Sequence record: NC_047808.1
Length of the DNA stretch: 39,300 bases
Strand: one strand, 5' to 3'
Source: Escherichia phage vB_EcoP_F
Position 1 is the first letter of the stretch; every line of letters begins with the position of its first letter. A model generated the notes under the pieces. The model had not been told where the DNA came from. It worked only from the letters and a program-made list of their open reading frames with translations, and made no database searches. The translations under genes were made by a program, and so were the position numbers. Below are positions 1-8,962 of this stretch, piece after piece.

Positions 1-581
1 ATAACGCCACGAAGAACAACCGAGCGATGGACGCTGCCCTGTCCACTGTGATCTCTATGGGTCTTGCTGGTATCTACTACATGGCTCAGGCTCATGTCAA
101 GGCTTACGCTATGCAGGATGGTCGAGACCGTGACTACCTCAAGCAAGCTCTAGACCCGACGATGATTGGATATGCAGCTCTATCACGTAGTTCACACCTT
201 GGTGGACCACTTGGGGTAGCTAACATTCTGGGTGGCATCGCTGGGTATGAGGACACTAAGATGCTCCGTTCGTCTATCCTACCTCGTTCGCCTACAGAGA
301 AGCCTGAACGTGCCATCGCGTATGGTGCAGCTACAAGTGACCCTGTGATGAATGTTGTTGGTAACTTCTTGGAGCAGGTTCCAGCTTTCGGATATGCTGC
401 TAACGTTGGCGCTTCGGCTTACAACTTGGCTGGCTACCTCAAGGCTGATACTCGTGTCAACGAGCGTGACTACATGACCGGGATGTATAATACGTTCCGT
501 GAACTGGTTCCGAACGACCCAATTACCCAGAAGCTGTTGCTTGGGATGTTTGAGGAGCAAGGTATCCACATCAAGGACTAA
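1..581 (+). CDS. internal virion (core) protein gp16, C-terminal part; 5' truncated by window start, same gene as 35995..39300
   Basis: Track ORF 27..581 is open in frame back to nt 3; translation (..NATKNNRAMDAALSTVISMGLAG..VPNDPITQKLLLGMFEEQGIHIKD) matches recalled T7 gp16 C-terminus; gene order 15-16-17. Confidence 0.85.
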   Translation, partial: NATKNNRAMDAALSTVISMGLAGIYYMAQAHVKAYAMQDGRDRDYLKQALDPTMIGYAALSRSSHLGGPLGVANILGGIAGYEDTKMLRSSILPRSPTEKPERAIAYGAATSDPVMNVVGNFLEQVPAFGYAANVGASAYNLAGYLKADTRVNERDYMTGMYNTFRELVPNDPITQKLLLGMFEEQGIHIKD

Positions 582-599
582 ACTATCACTATAGGAAAC
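577..599 (+). promoter_or_regulatory. phage RNA polymerase promoter (phi17 position), ACTAAACTATCACTATAGGAAAC, +1 G at 594
   Basis: Matches the 11-copy consensus in this window; CACTATAGG core as in T7 -7..+2; upstream gene's TAA stop lies inside promoter. Confidence 0.75.
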
Positions 600-645
600 T
601 GGAGGCGCTACCATAGGTCTCCGTTTAAATAACAAAGGAGGCATA

Positions 646-3600
646 ATGTCCACGATTACACAATTCCCTTCAGGAAACACTCAGTACAGGATTGAGTTCG
701 ACTACCTAGCCAGAACGTTTGTTGTTGTTACGCTGGTGAATAGCTCTAACCCTACCCTGAACCGTGTACTGGAAGTTGGTCGAGATTACCGATTCCTTAA
801 TCCAACGATGATTGAGATGTTGGTTGACCAATCAGGTTTCGACATCGTTCGTATTCACCGTCAGACTGGAACTGACTTAGTGGTAGACTTCAGGAATGGC
901 TCAGTGTTGACAGCTAGTGACCTGACCAATTCAGAGCTTCAGGCTATCCATATTGCAGAAGAAGGTCGAGACCAAACGGTTGACTTAGCGAAGGAATATG
1001 CCGATGCTGCTGGTAGCTCTGCTGGCAACGCTAAGGATAGCGAGGACGAAGCACGCCGAATCGCTGCGAGTATCAGGGCAGCTGGTCTAATTGGCTATAT
1101 TACCCGTCGCTCCTTCGAGAAAGGCTACAACGTTACAACATGGAGCGAGGTCCTGCTATGGGAAGAGGATGGTGATTATTACCGCTGGGATGGTACGCTT
1201 CCAAAGAACGTTCCTGCTGGTTCAACTCCTGAAACTTCCGGTGGGATTGGATTAGGTGCGTGGGTTAGTGTTGGTGATGCGGCTTTAAGAAGTCAGATTT
1301 CAAACCCGGAAGGGGCAATACTCTACCCTGAATTACATAGAGCACGCTGGCTTGATGAAAAAGATGTTCGTGGTTGGGGTGCTAAAGGGGATGGTGTCAC
1401 TGATGATACAGCAGCGTTAACGAGCGCATTAAACGACACACCGGTTGGACAAAAGATTAATGGCAATGGGAAGACATATAAGGTCACATCCCTGCCTGAC
1501 ATTAGCCGCTTCATCAACACTCGTTTCGTTTATGAGCGCATTCCCGGACAACCTCTTTATTATGCCTCTGAAGAATTTGTTCAGGGTGAGCTGTTCAAAA
1601 TAACGGACACCCCTTATTATAATGCGTGGCCTCAGGATAAAGCGTTCGTATATGAGAATGTGATATATGCACCTTACATGGGTAGCGATCGTCATGGTGT
1701 TAGTCGTCTGCATGTATCATGGGTTAAGTCTGGTGATGATGGTCAAACATGGTCTACTCCAGAGTGGTTAACTGATCTGCATCCAGATTACCCTACAGTG
1801 AACTATCATTGTATGAGTATGGGTGTATGTCGCAACCGTCTGTTTGCCATGATTGAAACACGTACTTTAGCCAAGAACGCATTAACCAATTGTGCATTGT
1901 GGGATCGCCCCATGTCTCGTAGCCTGCATCTTACTGGCGGTATCACTAAAGCTGCAAATCAGCGATATGCAACAATACATGTACCAGACCACGGACTATT
2001 CGTGGGTGATTTTGTTAACTTCTCTAATTCTGCGGTAACAGGTGTATCCGGTGATATGACTGTTGCAACCGTAATAGATAAGGACAACTTCACGGTTCTT
2101 ACACCCAACCAGCAGACTTCAGATTTGAATAACGCTGGAACGAATTGGCACATGGGTACTTCTTTCCATAAGTCTCCATGGCGTAAGACGGATCTTGGTC
2201 TAATCCCTAGTGTCACAGAGGTGCACAGCTTTGCTACTATTGATAACAATGGCTTTGTTATGGGCTATCATCAAGGTGATGTAGCTCCACGAGAAGTTGG
2301 GCTTTTCTACTTCCCTGATGCTTTCAATAGCCCATCTAATTATGTTCGTCGTCGGATACCATCTGAGTATGAACCAGATGCGGCAGAGCCATGCATCAAG
2401 TACTATGACGGTGTATTATACCTTATCACTCGTGGCACTCGTGGGGATAGACTAGGTAGCTCTTTGCACCGTAGTAGAGACATAGGTCAGACTTGGGAGT
2501 CACTGAGATTTCCACATAATGTTCATCATACTACATTACCTTTTGCTAAAGTAGGGGATGACCTTATTATGTTTGGTTCAGAACGTGCAGAAAATGAATG
2601 GGAAGCAGGTGCACCAGATGATCGTTACAAGGCATCTTATCCTCGCACCTTCTATGCACGCTTGAATGTAAACAATTGGAATGCAGATGATATTGAATGG
2701 GTTAACATCACTGACCAGATTTATCAGGGCGGAATAGTTAACTCAGGTGTAGGTGTTGGTTCGGTAGTTGTGAAGGATAATTACATCTACTACATGTTTG
2801 GTGGAGAGGACCATTTTAACCCATGGACATATGGAGATAACTCAGCGAAGGATCCATTCAAAGCAGATGGTCATCCCTCAGATTTGTATTGCTACAAAAT
2901 GAAGATTGGCCCAAGCAATCATGTTTCCCGTGATTTCAGGTATGGTGCTGTACCTAACAGAGCTGTTCCCGTGTTTTTTGATACGAATGGGATTCGCACT
3001 GTTCCTGCGCCAATGGAATTTACAGGGGATTTGGGTTTAGGTCATGTGACCATTAGAGCCAGCACCAGTAGTAACATTCGCTCTGAAGTTTTAATGGAAG
3101 GTGAATATGGGTTTATCGGGAAATCTATACCGACTGATAACCCGGCAGGGCAGCGCATCATATTTTGCGGGGGTGAAGGCACCAGTTCAACGACTGGCGC
3201 ACAGATTACGCTTTATGGTGCAAATAACACCGACTCAAGGCGAATAGTTTACAATGGTGCTGAGCATCTGTTCCAGACTGCTGACGTTAAGCCTTATAAC
3301 GATAACGTCACTGCGCTTGGTGGGCCTAGCAACCGTTTCACCACTGCATACCTCGGAAGTAACCCTATTGTTACTTCTAACGGGGAGAAGAAAACAGAGC
3401 CGGTAGTTTTTGATGATGCTTTCCTGGATGCCTGGGGTGACGTTCGCTACATCATGTACCAGTGGTTAGATGCTGTTCAACTGAAAGGCAATGATGCTCG
3501 TATTCACTTCGGGGTTATTGCACAGCAAATTCGTGATGTATTCATTGCACATGGTCTGATGGATGAAAACAGTACGAATTGTCGTTATGCTGTTCTGTGC

Positions 3601-3840
3601 TATGACAAGTATCAACGGATGACCGATACGGTATTTTCGCACAATGAAATCGTTGAACACACTGACGAGGAGGGTAATGTCACTACTACGGAAGAACCTG
3701 TATACACCGAGGTGGTTATTCACGAAGAGGGTGAGGAGTGGGGTGTTCGGCCTGACGGAATTTTCTTTGCTGAAGCCGCTTATCAGAGAAGAAAACTGGA
3801 AAGAATCGAAGCCAGACTTTCTGCTCTTGAACAGAAGTAA
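646..3840 (+). CDS. tailspike protein gp17 with endosialidase (endo-N-acetylneuraminidase) domain and C-terminal intramolecular chaperone domain
   Basis: 1064 aa; N-terminus like T7 gp17 adaptor (FDYLARTFVVVTL..); Asp-boxes SGDDGQTW (1729..1752) and SRDIGQTW (2473..2496); C-terminus GVIAQQIRD..RRKLERIEARLSALEQK typical of self-cleaving chaperone domain; AGGAGG RBS. Confidence 0.85.
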   Translation: MSTITQFPSGNTQYRIEFDYLARTFVVVTLVNSSNPTLNRVLEVGRDYRFLNPTMIEMLVDQSGFDIVRIHRQTGTDLVVDFRNGSVLTASDLTNSELQAIHIAEEGRDQTVDLAKEYADAAGSSAGNAKDSEDEARRIAASIRAAGLIGYITRRSFEKGYNVTTWSEVLLWEEDGDYYRWDGTLPKNVPAGSTPETSGGIGLGAWVSVGDAALRSQISNPEGAILYPELHRARWLDEKDVRGWGAKGDGVTDDTAALTSALNDTPVGQKINGNGKTYKVTSLPDISRFINTRFVYERIPGQPLYYASEEFVQGELFKITDTPYYNAWPQDKAFVYENVIYAPYMGSDRHGVSRLHVSWVKSGDDGQTWSTPEWLTDLHPDYPTVNYHCMSMGVCRNRLFAMIETRTLAKNALTNCALWDRPMSRSLHLTGGITKAANQRYATIHVPDHGLFVGDFVNFSNSAVTGVSGDMTVATVIDKDNFTVLTPNQQTSDLNNAGTNWHMGTSFHKSPWRKTDLGLIPSVTEVHSFATIDNNGFVMGYHQGDVAPREVGLFYFPDAFNSPSNYVRRRIPSEYEPDAAEPCIKYYDGVLYLITRGTRGDRLGSSLHRSRDIGQTWESLRFPHNVHHTTLPFAKVGDDLIMFGSERAENEWEAGAPDDRYKASYPRTFYARLNVNNWNADDIEWVNITDQIYQGGIVNSGVGVGSVVVKDNYIYYMFGGEDHFNPWTYGDNSAKDPFKADGHPSDLYCYKMKIGPSNHVSRDFRYGAVPNRAVPVFFDTNGIRTVPAPMEFTGDLGLGHVTIRASTSSNIRSEVLMEGEYGFIGKSIPTDNPAGQRIIFCGGEGTSSTTGAQITLYGANNTDSRRIVYNGAEHLFQTADVKPYNDNVTALGGPSNRFTTAYLGSNPIVTSNGEKKTEPVVFDDAFLDAWGDVRYIMYQWLDAVQLKGNDARIHFGVIAQQIRDVFIAHGLMDENSTNCRYAVLCYDKYQRMTDTVFSHNEIVEHTDEEGNVTTTEEPVYTEVVIHEEGEEWGVRPDGIFFAEAAYQRRKLERIEARLSALEQK

Positions 3841-3973
3841 TAAACAAAACCCTTTTGCCATTAAGTTGGTGGGGTAGATGTTAGAAGGTTGTGGAGGTAG
3901 AGGCTAACTACACGCTAACCAACGTAGGTAACAACTTTGGGTCACGGACGACCCGCTTTAAACTGGAGGTTTT

Positions 3974-4168
3974 ATGATTGAGTTAGACTTCAAGAATGAG
4001 GTCCTTAAAGCCTCTCCTATCGTCGGGACCGCTGCGGCTGATGGTGCCAGTCGGTTCTTCTTCGGACTTACACTGAACGAATGGTTCTACGTTGCAGCTA
4101 TCGCGTACACCGTTGTCCAGATTGGTGTGCTAGTCTACAAAACGATTAAAGGAGGTGGTAAAACATGA
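3974..4168 (+). CDS. class II holin gp17.5
   Basis: 64 aa; FFFGLTLNEWFYVAAIAYTVVQIG matches recalled T7 gp17.5; GGAGG RBS; position after tailspike. Confidence 0.8.
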   Translation: MIELDFKNEVLKASPIVGTAAADGASRFFFGLTLNEWFYVAAIAYTVVQIGVLVYKTIKGGGKT

Positions 4169-4428
4169 CGCAGATGGACTTAGAGAAGTTCCTCTTGATG
4201 CTTGATACTGAGCGTGCTCGACTTATGCTTCAAGACTTGCGGGATGACACTAAGCGTTCACCTCAGCTCTACAACGCCATTGAGAAGCTGCTTGCTCGTC
4301 ACAACTTTGTGTTAAGTAAGGTGTCTGTGGACGAGAAGACGCTGGCTGATATGGAGGCCCTGAACGCAGAGTATGATAAGGTGCTTTCAGCGACTGAGGA
4401 TAATGACACAGGGTATGGTGTTCAATAA
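4165..4428 (+). CDS. terminase small subunit gp18
   Basis: 87 aa, size and position as T7 gp18; ATGA overlap with holin stop. Confidence 0.75.
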   Translation: MTQMDLEKFLLMLDTERARLMLQDLRDDTKRSPQLYNAIEKLLARHNFVLSKVSVDEKTLADMEALNAEYDKVLSATEDNDTGYGVQ

Positions 4429-4480
4429 GTGTTAGACTCAAGGTCATTACTATATGTAGTGGCCTTTATGGTTAACACTA
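4429..4480 (+). promoter_or_regulatory. candidate RNase III processing hairpin (R18.5 position) containing motif TAGACTCAAGGTCAT
   Basis: Imperfect inverted repeat GTGTTA..TAACAC enclosing the recurrent motif; intergenic, same relative position as T7 R18.5. Confidence 0.3.
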
Positions 4481-4529
4481 ACTAGTGGAGGCGACTCTAC
4501 GTGAAATCTGATAAACCGGGAGGGCAACT

Positions 4530-4979
4530 ATGCTCGAATTTTTAAAGAGAGCGGCTCCGTGGTTACTTGCAGCAGTGATGTTTGCTGGTGGCTACCACAC
4601 CGCTAACAATAAGTGGGAGGCTAAGGTCAATGCAGAATACACCTCGAATCTTAAGGCATCGGAGGATACAAGGCTTGCTGTCCAAGCTGAAGTCAACAAA
4701 GTGTCCAAACGGTTCCAGGACGAAATGTCCTCGTTGGAAGGCAGCACTGATAGGATTATTGCTGACCTTAAGTCTGACAATAAGCGGCTGCTCATCCGAG
4801 TCAAACCTACGAGTGGAACCACGCAAAGTGACGGTCGATGCTTCATTGATGGTTACGCCGAACTTGACGAACGAGATGCTAAACGTCTTATCGCCATCGG
4901 AGTGAAAGGAGACAAGTGGATTAAGGCCCTTCAAGACACTGTGAGAGCCTTACAGCAAGAGAAGGAGGTGACGCATTGA
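4530..4979 (+). CDS. Rz-like i-spanin gp18.5
   Basis: 149 aa; N-terminal TM segment ([12 protein letters not shown]) then coiled-coil-like region; GGGAGG RBS; position before large terminase. Confidence 0.75.
   Translation: MLEFLKRAAPWLLAAVMFAGGYHTANNKWEAKVNAEYTSNLKASEDTRLAVQAEVNKVSKRFQDEMSSLEGSTDRIIADLKSDNKRLLIRVKPTSGTTQSDGRCFIDGYAELDERDAKRLIAIGVKGDKWIKALQDTVRALQQEKEVTH
4630..4905 (+). CDS. Rz1-like o-spanin lipoprotein embedded in +1 frame of Rz
   Basis: Embedded ORF with signal/lipobox LTISGC (Cys codon 4789..4791), proline-rich C-terminus; ATG 4630 preceded by GGGAGG at 4615..4620; start uncertain (track uses TTG at 4582). Confidence 0.45.
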   Translation: MQNTPRILRHRRIQGLLSKLKSTKCPNGSRTKCPRWKAALIGLLLTLSLTISGCSSESNLRVEPRKVTVDASLMVTPNLTNEMLNVLSPSE

Positions 4980-6739
4980 GTAAAGACTTAGTGGCGCGTC
5001 AGGCGCTAATGACTGCCCGTATGAAGGCAGACTTCGTGTTCTTCCTGTTCGTCCTGTGGAAAGCTCTGTCACTCCCGGTCCCGACTCGCTGTCAGATTGA
5101 CATGGCGAAGAAACTATCGGCTGGCGACAACAGGCGTTTCATCCTACAGGCGTTCCGTGGTATCGGGAAGTCCTTCATTACGTGTGCATTCGTGGTCTGG
5201 AAACTATGGAACAACCCAGACTTGAAGTTCATGATTGTGTCGGCCTCAAAGGAACGAGCCGATGCGAACTCCATCTTCATCAAGCGAATCATCGACCTCA
5301 TGCCTCAGCTTAAGGAACTCAAACCTAAGCAGGGACAGCGAGATGCGGTTATCAGCTTCGACGTTGGACCAGCCAAGCCGGACCACTCACCTTCGGTTAA
5401 GTCCGTTGGTATCACTGGTCAGTTGACTGGTAGTCGTGCTGACATCCTGATTGCCGATGACGTGGAGGTTCCGAACAACTCAGCGACTCAGGCTGCACGA
5501 GACCGTCTGTCAGAGCTTGTGAAAGAGTTCGATGCTATCCTGAAGCCCGGAGGCACAATCATCTATCTGGGTACTCCTCAGAACGAGATGACCCTGTATC
5601 GTGAGCTGGAAGGTCGTGGGTACACCACTACTATCTGGCCTGCTCGTTATCCACGCGACAGGAAGGACTGGCAGTCTTACGGCGACCGTCTGGCTCCTAT
5701 GCTTCAGGCAGAACTGGAAGAGGACCCTGAGTCCTTCTACTGGCGTCCGACCGACGAGGTACGCTTCGATGATACGGACCTGAAGGAACGTGAGTTGTCA
5801 TATGGCAAGGCTGGCTTCGCTCTACAGTTCATGCTTAACCCGAACCTGAGTGATGCTGAGAAGTACCCTCTGAAGCTCCGTGACCTTATCGTAGCTGACT
5901 TGGACCCAGCGTCTAGCCCAATGGTCTACCAATGGCTTCCTAACCCTCAGAACAAGCGTGAGGACGTTCCTAACGTTGGACTCATGGGGGACTCATACCA
6001 CACGTATCAGACTGTAGGTTCTGCCTTCAGTTCGTACACCCAGAAGATTCTAGTCATTGACCCTAGTGGTCGTGGTAAGGATGAAACTGGTTATGCGGTA
6101 CTGTACCAGCTAAACGGCTACATCTTCGCTATGGAAGTTGGCGGTATGCGGGGCGGCTATGAAGACTCTACGCTGGAAGCCCTGGCTAAGATTGGTCGTA
6201 AGTGGAAGGTCAACGAATACGTAATTGAGGGTAACTTCGGTGATGGTATGTACCTTGAGCTATTCAAGCCTGTAGCTTCCCGTATTCATCCTGCTGCTGT
6301 AACTGAAGTGAAGAGTAAGGGTCAGAAGGAACTCCGCATCTGTGACGTTCTGGAGCCTATCATGGGGTCTCACCGACTTATCATCAACGCTGCTGCTATC
6401 GTCCAAGATTACCAGTCTGCCTCTGATAAGGATGGTGTTCGTAATCCTATCTACTCTCTCTTCTACCAGATGACACGTATCTCTCGTGAACGTGGAGCAT
6501 TGGCACACGATGACCGACTTGATGCGCTGGCTATCGGTGTACAGTTCTTCGTTGAGTCTATGGCGAAGGATGCCAACAAAGGCGAACGTGAAGTCACTGA
6601 GGAGTGGCTGGAAGAACAGATGGAGAACCCACGGAAAGGCTTCGAGTCCATCCACACTGAGTTCTGGGACAATGGGGTCCGGGTAACTCACGATACGGAC
6701 GACGAGCTTGGACTAGGGTCCTACGTTACGTTCCACTAG
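4976..6739 (+). CDS. terminase large subunit gp19
   Basis: 587 aa; strong similarity to recalled T7 gp19 from the first residues ([33 protein letters not shown]); apparent TTG start 4976 overlapping Rz stop, GAAGGAGG RBS upstream. Confidence 0.9.
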   Translation: MSKDLVARQALMTARMKADFVFFLFVLWKALSLPVPTRCQIDMAKKLSAGDNRRFILQAFRGIGKSFITCAFVVWKLWNNPDLKFMIVSASKERADANSIFIKRIIDLMPQLKELKPKQGQRDAVISFDVGPAKPDHSPSVKSVGITGQLTGSRADILIADDVEVPNNSATQAARDRLSELVKEFDAILKPGGTIIYLGTPQNEMTLYRELEGRGYTTTIWPARYPRDRKDWQSYGDRLAPMLQAELEEDPESFYWRPTDEVRFDDTDLKERELSYGKAGFALQFMLNPNLSDAEKYPLKLRDLIVADLDPASSPMVYQWLPNPQNKREDVPNVGLMGDSYHTYQTVGSAFSSYTQKILVIDPSGRGKDETGYAVLYQLNGYIFAMEVGGMRGGYEDSTLEALAKIGRKWKVNEYVIEGNFGDGMYLELFKPVASRIHPAAVTEVKSKGQKELRICDVLEPIMGSHRLIINAAAIVQDYQSASDKDGVRNPIYSLFYQMTRISRERGALAHDDRLDALAIGVQFFVESMAKDANKGEREVTEEWLEEQMENPRKGFESIHTEFWDNGVRVTHDTDDELGLGSYVTFH

Positions 6740-6781
6740 CTGAATGAATAACTATAGGCGAAAACTGAATTAATAAGCAGT

Positions 6782-6800
6782 TAGTAACCTATGGTTACTA
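6782..6800 (+). promoter_or_regulatory. tight hairpin TAGTAACC-TAT-GGTTACTA (8-bp perfect stem, 3-nt loop)
   Basis: Perfect inverted repeat between terminase stop and phiOR-like promoter; no adjacent U-tract. Confidence 0.25.
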
Positions 6801-6833
6801 CCAGTCTAACCTACTGTTTTACAAGGAGTTTGG

Positions 6834-6856
6834 ACTTAACTATCACTATAGGGAAG
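6834..6856 (+). promoter_or_regulatory. phage RNA polymerase promoter (phiOR position), ACTTAACTATCACTATAGGGAAG
   Basis: Consensus match; located after gene 19 as T7 phiOR. Confidence 0.75.
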
Positions 6857-7035
6857 ACCCCCGGTTACTTATAGTATTACTGTAGTGAATATACATATGC
6901 AGACTTTATGCAAGACCTTAGGAGGCAGACTCCGAGTTCTTACCTAAGGCTTGCACCGATGGAAGGAGGGTGATATTAATCATAATCCCTCCAATACAGA
7001 TAGTAAAGACCATAGATACAGGAGGTATGTAGCAT

Positions 7036-7194
7036 ATGGCAAAGACCAAAGCTGTACTTAAAGCTCTGGCTACCAATCGAGCTACATACAGGTTTCTTGC
7101 TGCTGTTCTACTTGCTGCTGGCGTTACTGCTGGAAGTAAGTGGGTCGGGTGGGTCGAGACTCTCGTATGTTCTCTGGTGTCTCAGTGCAATTAA
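7036..7194 (+). CDS. gp19.5-like small membrane protein
   Basis: 52 aa (MAKTKAVLKALATNRATYRFLAAVLLAAGV..); GGAGG RBS at 7021..7025; resembles recalled T7 gp19.5 (RVTYRFL motif); last gene before genome end. Confidence 0.5.
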   Translation: MAKTKAVLKALATNRATYRFLAAVLLAAGVTAGSKWVGWVETLVCSLVSQCN

Positions 7195-7309
7195 CGCAAT
7201 CATGGTAACGATTCATGAAAGGAGGTAGGTAGGTGTGAACGAAGATGACTACGTGTCGTTCTCAGAAGAGGACTACCAGACAGAGTGGGAATACGCACAT
7301 GGGAGGAAG

Positions 7310-7356
7310 AGCTAAGGTCAGTACGTGGATAAAGACTCACTCTACTGACCTTAGCT
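7310..7356 (+). promoter_or_regulatory. perfect 14-bp stem hairpin AGCTAAGGTCAGTA ... TACTGACCTTAGCT with 19-nt loop
   Basis: Exact inverted repeat 7310..7323 / 7343..7356 in the non-coding right-end region. Confidence 0.35.
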
Positions 7357-7447
7357 ACTGTAGTCAAGGACTTTAGGTAACACCTTAATAGAAGCTCACT
7401 TAGGGTCATCCTACTTATTGGTCCATCCTAGTGTCGCCTGACCTACG

Positions 7448-7490
7448 GTCCTTGACCTACAGTGGCTGTGGCCTACAGTAGTGACGATGA
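7448..7490 (+). repeat. short imperfect direct repeats (GACCTACGG / GACCTACAGTGG / GGCCTACAGTAG), right-end array
   Basis: Three CCTACAG-like units at about 14-bp spacing immediately before predicted terminus; analogous to T7 short-repeat array adjacent to terminal repeat. Confidence 0.3.
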
Positions 7491-7517
7491 GTTTTGGACC
7501 AAAAGTTTGAGACCACA

Positions 7518-7715
7518 TCTCACAGTTCAAGAACCTCAAGTCTCCCCATAGGCCCTCTTTAAGTCCAGACCAAAGGCCCTACCCAGTCTATCATAAGGCT
7601 GGACCGATGGTCGACGATAGGTCTAGGCTATGGCTGGAGGTCAGGACGATAGGTAGGGACTATTGGTCTGTCTCTGAGTCTCTATCTGTATAGTGATATA
7701 GTATAACATTACGTC
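7518..7715 (+). other. predicted physical genome terminus and terminal-repeat region (single collapsed copy); left end predicted at 7518
   Basis: TCTCACAGTTCAAGAACC..CCCCATAGG at 7518 resembles recalled T7/T3 left-terminal sequence (TCTCACAG..); non-coding; flanked by short-repeat arrays; right boundary not determinable. Confidence 0.3.
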
Positions 7716-7815
7716 CTACACCTACAGTCCTACACCTACAGTCCTACAACCTACAGTCCTACAACCTACAGTCACAACCATAAGACACCAACACCTACAG
7801 TCATAGACCTACAGT
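7716..7815 (+). repeat. array of imperfect short tandem repeats (unit approx CCTACA[A]CCTACAGT, 14-15 bp period)
   Basis: cctacacctacagtcctacacctacagtcctacaacctacagtcctacaacctacagtc.. seen directly; position equals T7 left-end short-repeat array. Confidence 0.5.
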
Positions 7816-7926
7816 TAATAGACACACAGCTATAGACTTAAGGTCAAAGACATGTTAGTCAAAGACTATATCCTCTTACACCATGAGGCCGACGATAGCT
7901 CAATCAATATTATTTCGAATTACCTA

Positions 7927-7956
7927 TTGACTATAGGTCTAGACTATGGCTTAATA
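7927..7956 (+). promoter_or_regulatory. candidate host sigma70 early promoter (A1-like): TTGACT-17 bp-CTTAAT
   Basis: -35 TTGACT at 7927..7932; spacer contains CTAGACTATGG resembling T7 A1 spacer; weak -10. Confidence 0.3.
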
Positions 7957-8067
7957 GCTTCCGTCAACACGACACGGCAACAACCGGATAGTGAAGACGC
8001 CTGGTCATCCCGGTTAAGTAGACAGCCTGATAAGTCATACGAACAACAGGCAGATGACAGAAAGTAG

Positions 8068-8105
8068 TTGACAAGATGTAACGATAAGATGTAAGCTGTA
8101 CCACA
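8068..8105 (+). promoter_or_regulatory. candidate host sigma70 early promoter (A2/A3-like): TTGACA-18 bp-TAAGCT followed by GTACCACAT
   Basis: Consensus -35 TTGACA at 8068..8073; architecture and downstream GTACCACAT resemble recalled T7 A2/A3 promoters. Confidence 0.45.
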
Positions 8106-8204
8106 TCGAAACAACGGTGATGACCAACACTGAAATGGTCTACCTGAAGTCCTCTGACTGAAGGGAATGCTCTTTAACAATCTGGATAAACTCTTAATGT
8201 GCGC

Positions 8205-8262
8205 CGACAGTGATTAACTACAGGGTCTTTGAGTCTACATCTGAAGGCCCTGACTGATAGTC
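8205..8262 (+). promoter_or_regulatory. candidate RNase III site/hairpin (AGTGATTAACTACAGG ... CCTGACTGATAGTCACTAAC), copy 1
   Basis: Imperfect inverted repeat; a near-identical copy precedes the ocr gene (8532..8590). Confidence 0.35.
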
Positions 8263-8284
8263 ACTAACTTAACGGATGGACACT

Positions 8285-8530
8285 ATGAAACACTTAAGCA
8301 CAATCACTAATCGCAATGAAGTATTCGTGAACACTAAAGGTTATGCGTGGATTCAGCTTAAAGAGATGACAGGAGCGCGTCACCGTGTGGTAGTGCGCAA
8401 GGTCTCAAGCAAGCCATTCAGCAACTACAGCGTAGATACTGTGCGTATAGACAACGAGACCTACCTGATAGACTCGCAGATAACCGTGAGTCTTACAGCG
8501 GGCGTCTCAGCTCCTTATTTCGCTAACTGA
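8285..8530 (+). CDS. hypothetical early protein (first gene downstream of host promoters)
   Basis: Track ORF 8276..8530; start moved to ATG 8285 with GGATGG RBS; no recognisable homolog. Confidence 0.45.
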   Translation: MKHLSTITNRNEVFVNTKGYAWIQLKEMTGARHRVVVRKVSSKPFSNYSVDTVRIDNETYLIDSQITVSLTAGVSAPYFAN

Positions 8531-8531
8531 G

Positions 8532-8590
8532 AGTGATTAACTACAGGTCGTTAGACTCATAGCGGCCTGACTGATAGTCACTAACATACA
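8532..8590 (+). promoter_or_regulatory. candidate RNase III site/hairpin, copy 2 (R0.3-like), upstream of ocr
   Basis: Repeat of the 8205..8262 element (AGTGATTAACTACAGG..GCCTGACTGATAGTCACTAAC). Confidence 0.35.
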
Positions 8591-8617
8591 CACAAACAAC
8601 TTTGAGAGGATATAACT

Positions 8618-8962
8618 ATGGAACGTAACGCTAACGCATACTATGAGCTGCTGGCTGCAACCGTTGAGCTGTTCAATGAGCGTATTCAGTACGACGAAAT
8701 AACTGAAGGCGATGATTATTATGATGCGCTGCATGAGGTCGTAGACGGTCAGGTTCCGCACTATTACCACGAGATTTTTACGGTGATGGCTGCTGATGGT
8801 ATAGACCACGAGTTCGAAGACTCTGGGCTGATGCCTGAGACCAAGGACGTAATGCGTATACTACAAGCTCGCATCTATGAGGCTCTGTATAACGATGTGT
8901 ATGATAGCTCGGATGTAGTCTGGTTCGAGGCTGAAGAGAGTGACGAGGAGGACTGCGAGTGA
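8618..8962 (+). CDS. ocr: Ocr-like DNA-mimic anti-restriction protein gp0.3
   Basis: 114 aa, acidic; strong match to recalled T7 gp0.3 (VPHYY..IF.VMA..GID.EFEDSGLMP.TKDV.RILQARIYE). Confidence 0.85.
   Translation: MERNANAYYELLAATVELFNERIQYDEITEGDDYYDALHEVVDGQVPHYYHEIFTVMAADGIDHEFEDSGLMPETKDVMRILQARIYEALYNDVYDSSDVVWFEAEESDEEDCE

Noticed and set aside
279-680. Minus-strand ORFs throughout the track (e.g. 279..680, 13333..13851, 16319..16882, 27086..27487, 28491..29129)
   Set aside because: Each lies antisense within a conserved + strand gene; T7-like genomes are transcribed from one strand only, and none has an RBS or homology support.
4582-4905. 107-aa TTG-initiated version of the embedded Rz1 ORF
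   Set aside because: There is no RBS at 4582; ATG 4630 with GGGAGG upstream is the more plausible start.
6743-6759. Promoter-like sequence GAATGAATAACTATAGG after the terminase gene
   Set aside because: It shares only the ACTATAGG end with the consensus and lacks the conserved TATCAC core; probably a relic.
7200-7409. 69-aa minus-strand ORF in the right-end region
   Set aside because: It spans the 14-bp hairpin in non-coding DNA, with no RBS and wrong orientation for this phage type.
7716-7815. Possible CRISPR array
   Set aside because: The repeats are 7-15 bp imperfect units without unique spacers of regular length, consistent with T7-type terminal short repeats rather than CRISPR.
7919-7945. 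GACTATAGG / GACTATGG promoter-like fragments
   Set aside because: They lack the upstream consensus; the region is better explained as spacer of a host sigma70 promoter.
7852-8067. 71-aa + strand ORF in the early promoter region
   Set aside because: It overlaps the candidate sigma70 promoters, has no RBS, and its position matches the non-coding promoter cluster of T7.
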